Below, piece after piece: positions 58,884 through 64,000 of a stretch of 64,000 nucleotides of DNA. The first letter of the stretch is position 1; each line of letters opens with the position of its first letter. Both the position numbers and the translations under genes were made by a program. The notes under the pieces are model-generated. The model did no database searches. It saw only the letters and a program-made list of their open reading frames with translations, and was not told the DNA's origin. This DNA is from Alphaproteobacteria bacterium (GTDB lineage Bacteria; Pseudomonadota; Alphaproteobacteria; SP197): positions 5,056,001-5,120,000 of the forward strand of contig OZ245842.1 of assembly GCA_965228895.1 (NCBI GenBank), in the 5' to 3' direction.

Positions 58884-59870
58884 TCAGGCGGCGCGGCGCG
58901 GTCCGACGGCGGGCGGCAAGCGGTCGACCATGGCGCGGATGTGTTCGATGGTCGTGCCGCAGCAGCCGCCGATGATCTGCACGCCGTTCTCGACCCAGCC
59001 GCGGCAGGCCTCGGCAAAGCCTTCTTCCGACACGGTTGCGTCACGACGGTCGTCGGCGGCTTCGTAGATGATCGTCTCCGGATAGGCCATCAGGGGACCA
59101 TCCCAACGCTCGGCTAGAACATCGAGGCCGGGCTGTGTGGATTCGATGACGCTGTGCATGATGCCGTAGGCATCGCCGCCGATCGCCATAAGCGCGTCGA
59201 TGATGTTGCCGAGCGGCAGCGGATCGGGCCGCTCCATGCCTTCGATCATCTTGGTCCGTTCCTCGGTGTTCACATCCCAACCGACAACGGCGCCGTCATT
59301 GCGCACGGAGCAACTGAGGCCAACCCAGACCGGCAGGCCCGTCGCGACGGCCGCCTCCATCAGAGGACTGGCCCTCTCGATATCCATCAACATTTCCAGC
59401 AGCAGCAGATCGGCGCCGGCGTCCGCCAAGGCGCCGGCCATCTCGCGATAGTTCGCCGCCGCCTGTTCGGCTGTCGGCAGATAGCGCGGATCGGGTGTGA
59501 GCTTGCCCTCCTGCCACGCCACCATGGTGGACAGGCTGCCGGCCACCGCAACCGGCCGGTCGGCGGCGACGTTGTCGCGCGCCTCGCGCGCCAGTTCGAC
59601 GGCGCGCCGGTTTATGGCGACGGTCTCGTCACCCAGGCCCGCGGCTTCCAGCACATGGCGGCAGGTGGCGAAGGTGTTGGCGGTGATGACATCGGCGCCG
59701 GCCAGGAGGTATTCCTCATGCACCTTCCGCACGATGTCGGGGTGAGTCTTGTTGGCGACGGCGCACCAGGCCGCACCGCTCATCTCACCGCCCAGACGCG
59801 CGATTTCGGTGCCCGTCGCGCCATCCAGCACAATGATGGCACCGGATGCGATTTTGTCATCAAGGATCAT
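58884..59870 (-). CDS. Homocysteine S-methyltransferase family protein
   Basis: LDGATGTE, H..Y..AGADVI..NTF, IIGGCCG. Confidence 0.88.
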   Translation of the reverse strand: MILDDKIASGAIIVLDGATGTEIARLGGEMSGAAWCAVANKTHPDIVRKVHEEYLLAGADVITANTFATCRHVLEAAGLGDETVAINRRAVELAREARDNVAADRPVAVAGSLSTMVAWQEGKLTPDPRYLPTAEQAAANYREMAGALADAGADLLLLEMLMDIERASPLMEAAVATGLPVWVGLSCSVRNDGAVVGWDVNTEERTKMIEGMERPDPLPLGNIIDALMAIGGDAYGIMHSVIESTQPGLDVLAERWDGPLMAYPETIIYEAADDRRDATVSEEGFAEACRGWVENGVQIIGGCCGTTIEHIRAMVDRLPPAVGPRRAA

Positions 59871-59919
59871 GGCTTGGCCTCCTTAGACTCCTGGTGTCGA
59901 CGATATGCTCGTGCCCGTG

Positions 59920-60906
59920 TCAGGCCGCCCGGCGGGGTCCGACACCGGGCGGCAGGTGATCGACCATGGCGCGAATGTGCTCGATGGTCGTGCCGCAGCA
60001 CCCGCCGATGATCTGCACGCCGCCCTCGACCCAGCCCCGGCATGCGTCGGCAAATGCCTGCTCCGAGACGGTCACTTTGGCGCGATGGCTTTTGGCATCG
60101 AAATTTTGCGTTTCGGGATAGGCCATCACCGGTCCCGGCCAGCTGTCGAACAGAACGTCGAGCGCGGGCGTCGTGGACTGGATGGCGCTGTGCATAATGC
60201 CGTAGACATCGCCGCCGATCGCCGTCAAGGCGTCGATCACCTCGACCAGCGGCGGCGGAACCGGCTCAAGATCGCCGTTCGCCATGACTTGCGGCTCCTC
60301 GATATTGACGTCCCAGCCGGTCATCGCGCCGTCGTCGTGCCGTGACGCGCTGATCCCGACCCAGACCGGGAGCCCGGTCGCGACGGCCGCTTCCATCAAA
60401 CGGGACGCGTGGTCGACATCGCCCATCATTTCCAGGATCAGCAGGTCGACGCCGGCCTCGGCCAGGGTGTCGGCCATCTCAGCGTAGTCCGCGCCTTCCT
60501 GTTCGGGCGAGGGATAGTGGCTGGGGTCCGACGAGATTGATCCCGCGATCCACGCCTTCATGTTGGAGAGACTGCCGGCGACCGCCACCGGGCGGTCTGC
60601 CGCGACGTTGTCGCGCGCCTCTCGCGCCAGCTGGGCGGCGCGCCGGTTGATCGCCACGGTCTCATCAGCCAGGCCGGCGCCTTCCAAGACGTGCCGGCAG
60701 GTCGCGAAGGTGTTGGTGGTGATGATGTCGGCGCCGGCGCGTAAATACGCTTCGTGCACCCGGCGCACGATGTCGGGATGAGTCTTGTTGGCGACGGCGC
60801 ACCAGGCCGCGCTGTCCATCGCGCCGCCCAGGCGCGCGATCTCGGTACCGGTGGCGCCGTCCAGCACGATGATGTCGCCGGACGCGATCTTGTCGTCGAG
60901 GATCAT
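59920..60906 (-). CDS. Homocysteine S-methyltransferase family protein (tandem paralogue)
   Basis: Same motifs and same length (328 aa) as the downstream copy. Confidence 0.88.
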   Translation of the reverse strand: MILDDKIASGDIIVLDGATGTEIARLGGAMDSAAWCAVANKTHPDIVRRVHEAYLRAGADIITTNTFATCRHVLEGAGLADETVAINRRAAQLAREARDNVAADRPVAVAGSLSNMKAWIAGSISSDPSHYPSPEQEGADYAEMADTLAEAGVDLLILEMMGDVDHASRLMEAAVATGLPVWVGISASRHDDGAMTGWDVNIEEPQVMANGDLEPVPPPLVEVIDALTAIGGDVYGIMHSAIQSTTPALDVLFDSWPGPVMAYPETQNFDAKSHRAKVTVSEQAFADACRGWVEGGVQIIGGCCGTTIEHIRAMVDHLPPGVGPRRAA

Positions 60907-61031
60907 GGCAGTGCCCCCTCATAACGTCGGAGATAATGGTAGGGCGGCCCGATGCGGCAAGAAAGCTGTACCGTGGTGCCGGCTGCACAACTTGTCTTAG
61001 GATATGACGGACTTGTAGCGGAGGTGCCTAT

Positions 61032-61928
61032 ATGGGGTTGAAACGCGTCGCGGCGGATACGTCGATCGACAGTCTGGAAGAGATCGTCAGACAAGACGGC
61101 TGTGTTGTCATCGAACGCCTGGCGCCTGATCGGGTCGCGAGCGCGAAGGCTGAGCTCGATCACTGGGTCGAGGCCACGCCCTACGGTCCCGGCAACTTCG
61201 CCGGGCCCAACGGCAAGAACGTCGAGGGCCTGGTCGGCAAGTCCGACGCCGCCCATGCGCTGATGATCCACGACACGGTGCTGGCGCTCTGCGACCGCAT
61301 TCTGTTGCCCAGCTGTGTGCGTTATCAGCTCAACTACACGGGCATCATGCATCTGGAGCCCGGCAACGCAGCGCAGGAGCTGCACCGCGACGGTGGAATC
61401 TATCCGCTTCGTCATCCCCATCCGCCAACCATCCTGGCGAGCATGTGGGCGGCCAGCGACTTCACGGCTGAAAACGGCGGGACACGGCTGGTACCCGGCA
61501 GCCATCTGTGGGAGCACGAGCGCAAGGCGCGTGATGACGAGGTCGTTTCGGCGGCCATGCCGGCGGGATCCGTGCTGTTGTATATCGGCGGCGTCATCCA
61601 CGCCGGCGGTGCCAACACGGGCAACACCAAACGCACAGGCATCGCGGTGCAGTACAGCCTGGGCTGGTTACGCCAAGAGGAGAACCTGCATCTGGCGGTG
61701 CCGCCGGATCTCGCGCGGACCCTGCCAGACCGGCTTGCGCGGTTGGTCGGCTATGACTTCGGCGGGCCGTTCCTGGGTTTTGTCAACGGCGATGATCCCC
61801 ACCGGCTGGTCGAGGAAACCGCACTCAGCGAACGGTGCCACAGCCGACCGGAGCTGGATGCCGCGTCGGAGAAACTCACGCGATTTTCGTGGGGCGATGT
61901 CAAACCAGTGACGACGCCGGAGCGCTGA
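61032..61928 (+). CDS. PhyH family Fe(II)/2-oxoglutarate dioxygenase
   Basis: HRD, NGGTRLVPGSH, HAGGAN...R, WLRQEEN; GGAGG RBS. Confidence 0.9.
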   Translation: MGLKRVAADTSIDSLEEIVRQDGCVVIERLAPDRVASAKAELDHWVEATPYGPGNFAGPNGKNVEGLVGKSDAAHALMIHDTVLALCDRILLPSCVRYQLNYTGIMHLEPGNAAQELHRDGGIYPLRHPHPPTILASMWAASDFTAENGGTRLVPGSHLWEHERKARDDEVVSAAMPAGSVLLYIGGVIHAGGANTGNTKRTGIAVQYSLGWLRQEENLHLAVPPDLARTLPDRLARLVGYDFGGPFLGFVNGDDPHRLVEETALSERCHSRPELDAASEKLTRFSWGDVKPVTTPER

Positions 61929-61973
61929 CATGCCGGTAAGGTGCGGACGTTGTCCGCCACCGTGGCAGTGATC

Positions 61974-62645
61974 TTAGCGGTTGCCGCGCGCGGCCTTGGC
62001 GGCGGCCTCCAGGCCAACCGGATACTCCGCGACCTTGAAGCCAGCCGTGGCCAGCACCTCGATCAGGAGGCGGTCGCGCAGTTCGTCCATGCGGTCTTCG
62101 ACCAGGCCTGAGAGCCTCAAGTCGGCGAAACCATGCAGGCGCGACCAAATCATCAGCGCCATACGCTCGGCGTCGAAGCGGCCAACGCTCGGCCGGTTCA
62201 ACTCGCGTTCCTCGGCGGCGCGCTGAATGATGACCGCCGGGCGGCGCAGCAGCGCTTCGTCGGCCAATTGCATCCGACCGACCGTGTGTTGGGTCTCGTT
62301 CAACGCGAAGAGCGAGCGGTAGATTTCCGGACGACGGTTGGCGAAGTCCAGATAGGCGGCGCAGCGGCGCGCCAAGCGCGCGGCCCAACTCCTGGCGGTC
62401 AGACTGGGCAGGCCTTCGGCGCTCAGATCTTCCTCGACGTCGCTCAAGAGATGGCCCAGCTCAGCGACGTGGCGGCCGCGGATTTCGGCGCCGATGGCAT
62501 CGACTCCGCCGGGGAAATAGCGGTAGATCGCGCCGGGGGCGCACTCCAGTTGCTTGCACAGGGTTCTAACGGTCCAGTCGGTCGATCCGGTATCACGGAT
62601 CAACTGCTCTGCCGTCGCGACTATGCGTTCGGTTGAAAGTCCCAT
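61974..62645 (-). CDS. TetR family regulator (WHG-type C-terminus)
   Basis: TVRTLCKQLECAPGAIYRYF HTH; WSRLHG; start uncertain. Confidence 0.8.
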   Translation of the reverse strand: MGLSTERIVATAEQLIRDTGSTDWTVRTLCKQLECAPGAIYRYFPGGVDAIGAEIRGRHVAELGHLLSDVEEDLSAEGLPSLTARSWAARLARRCAAYLDFANRRPEIYRSLFALNETQHTVGRMQLADEALLRRPAVIIQRAAEERELNRPSVGRFDAERMALMIWSRLHGFADLRLSGLVEDRMDELRDRLLIEVLATAGFKVAEYPVGLEAAAKAARGNR

Positions 62646-62717
62646 ACGCGACACGTCCTGGTGCTCCCTCGTGGATCGGATGGCTTGAAACCCGCCATTT
62701 GTTTGGCAAAATTGTGG

Positions 62718-62732
62718 GTGAATCGTGTTCAC
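62718..62732. promoter_or_regulatory. Putative TetR operator
   Basis: Dyad GTGAA-N5-TTCAC upstream of the tetR gene. Confidence 0.45.
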
Positions 62733-62827
62733 GTTGCAAGCGGGCTCACATCCCGCAGCGACGATTTCGTATAAGTGTTTGAAACTAAAGTATAAGATTC
62801 TGCTACCACTTTAGAGGTACTCCAAAC

Positions 62828-63631
62828 GTGTTCATCCACAGAGGTGTTGGGGTCGCCAAACAGTCATTTAGACGATTCGTTTTGGTGCTCGTTGTCCTTG
62901 TTTTGTTCATAAGTGTTAACGGCGCCGCGCGGTCTGAATCGTTACTTGTTTTTGCCGCCGCCAGCATGAGCGATGCCATGCAGGACTTGGCCGATAGCTT
63001 CGAGGCACAGACCGGTACTCAGGTTGTTCTTTCCCTGGCCGCCAGTTCGGTTCTGGCCAAGCAGATCGAACACGGCGCCCCGGCCGGCATATACATCTCC
63101 GCCAACCCGGACTGGATGGATTATTTGGCCGCGCAAGACCTGATCGTTGCCGAAAGTCGGCGCGACATCGCGGCGAATCGCCTGGCGCTGATTGAACCGG
63201 AAGGAAGCGATGTTGCCGTTGATCTGGATACGCCGAACACGCTTGTCGCCGCGCTCGGACCAGACGGCCGATTAGCAGTCGGCGACCCCACGCATGTTCC
63301 CGCCGGTGTCTATGCGCGCCAAGCGCTGGAGACGCTCGGTCTTTGGACCACGCTGGAATCGCGTCTGGCCCGGGCGGCGAACGTCCGCGGCGCGTTGGCC
63401 CTGGTCGAGCGTGGCGAAAGCCCGCTGGGCATCGCTTACGCGACGGATACAGAGGCCAGCGACCGCGTAAAGATCGTGGCGATCTTTCCGGACTCAAGCC
63501 ACGCACCGATCCTTTACCCCGGCGCGCGTGTCGCCGCCGGTGACGGACCGGCGGCAGAAGCCTTCCTCGCTTTTATCGAGTCGCCGGCGGGCCTTGCAGT
63601 CCTCGCCGAACACGGCTTCCTGCCGCCTTGA
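62828..63631 (+). CDS. modA: Molybdate ABC transporter substrate-binding protein
   Basis: FAAASM, ASSVLAKQIE.GAP, VPAG.YA, NVRGAL, YATD; start uncertain. Confidence 0.92.
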   Translation: MFIHRGVGVAKQSFRRFVLVLVVLVLFISVNGAARSESLLVFAAASMSDAMQDLADSFEAQTGTQVVLSLAASSVLAKQIEHGAPAGIYISANPDWMDYLAAQDLIVAESRRDIAANRLALIEPEGSDVAVDLDTPNTLVAALGPDGRLAVGDPTHVPAGVYARQALETLGLWTTLESRLARAANVRGALALVERGESPLGIAYATDTEASDRVKIVAIFPDSSHAPILYPGARVAAGDGPAAEAFLAFIESPAGLAVLAEHGFLPP

Positions 63632-63641
63632 CCGTCTTTGA

Positions 63642-64000
63642 CTAGATCGGCGTCGCGGGCGCGACGTCATCGAGGTGTGCATCGATCGCGTCGCTTCGCG
63701 GCAATGCCGGCATCGCGCCCGGCTCAAGACAGGTCAGGGCGCCGGCAACGCTCGCGCGGCGCAGCGCCGCCGGCAGGTCGGCGCCGCTATCCAACGTCGC
63801 GGCCAAAACACCGCAGAACGCATCGCCTGCGCCCGTCGTGTCGCGCGGCGTGATGGTCGGCGCGCCGATACGCCAACCGCCATCCGATGTAATCGCCACC
63901 GCACCGTCACCGCCCAGGGTGACAACCGTGGTGAGCCCTTGGGATGCGGCGAGCTGGCGCGCCACCTCCATTGGATTGTTGGCGGCCAGGCCCAGGTGGT
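63642..64000 (-). CDS. rbsK: Ribokinase/PfkB family kinase, 3' fragment
   Basis: VTLGGDG, DTTGAGDAF, GAMPALP; runs off the window end. Confidence 0.75.
   Translation of the reverse strand, partial: HLGLAANNPMEVARQLAASQGLTTVVTLGGDGAVAITSDGGWRIGAPTITPRDTTGAGDAFCGVLAATLDSGADLPAALRRASVAGALTCLEPGAMPALPRSDAIDAHLDDVAPATPI

Overview
GC-rich alphaproteobacterial chromosome (Rhodospirillales-like gene order). It starts in the conserved origin-flanking operon (DUF299-maf-aroE-coaE-dnaQ), followed by secB/fxsA/Tim44/mltA/smr, hslVU, two lolA copies, ftsK, an aminotransferase, amtB and a ubiH/L-type hydroxylase. Accessory genes are inserted into this backbone: lutABC, a Rieske oxygenase, a gamma-glutamylation/amidinotransferase cluster, a CueR-boxed copper locus, and a cluster of three PhyH dioxygenases with two homocysteine S-methyltransferase paralogues. 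The most unusual element is a three-gene operon (20560-17901, minus strand) behind a near-consensus sigma70 promoter. It encodes a secreted prepropeptide with a 20-residue 6-Cys/4-Trp C-terminal core, a membrane/coiled-coil protein, and a secreted helical protein with a SPOR-like C-terminus. Also noted: his genes apparently missing from their usual position next to hslV, amtB without glnK, a candidate multi-hairpin anti-SD small RNA, and a family of bulged twin-hairpin repeats that overlap gene ends. No rRNA, tRNA, CRISPR array or transposase was seen. All product calls come from motif recognition and recalled gene order, not database searches.
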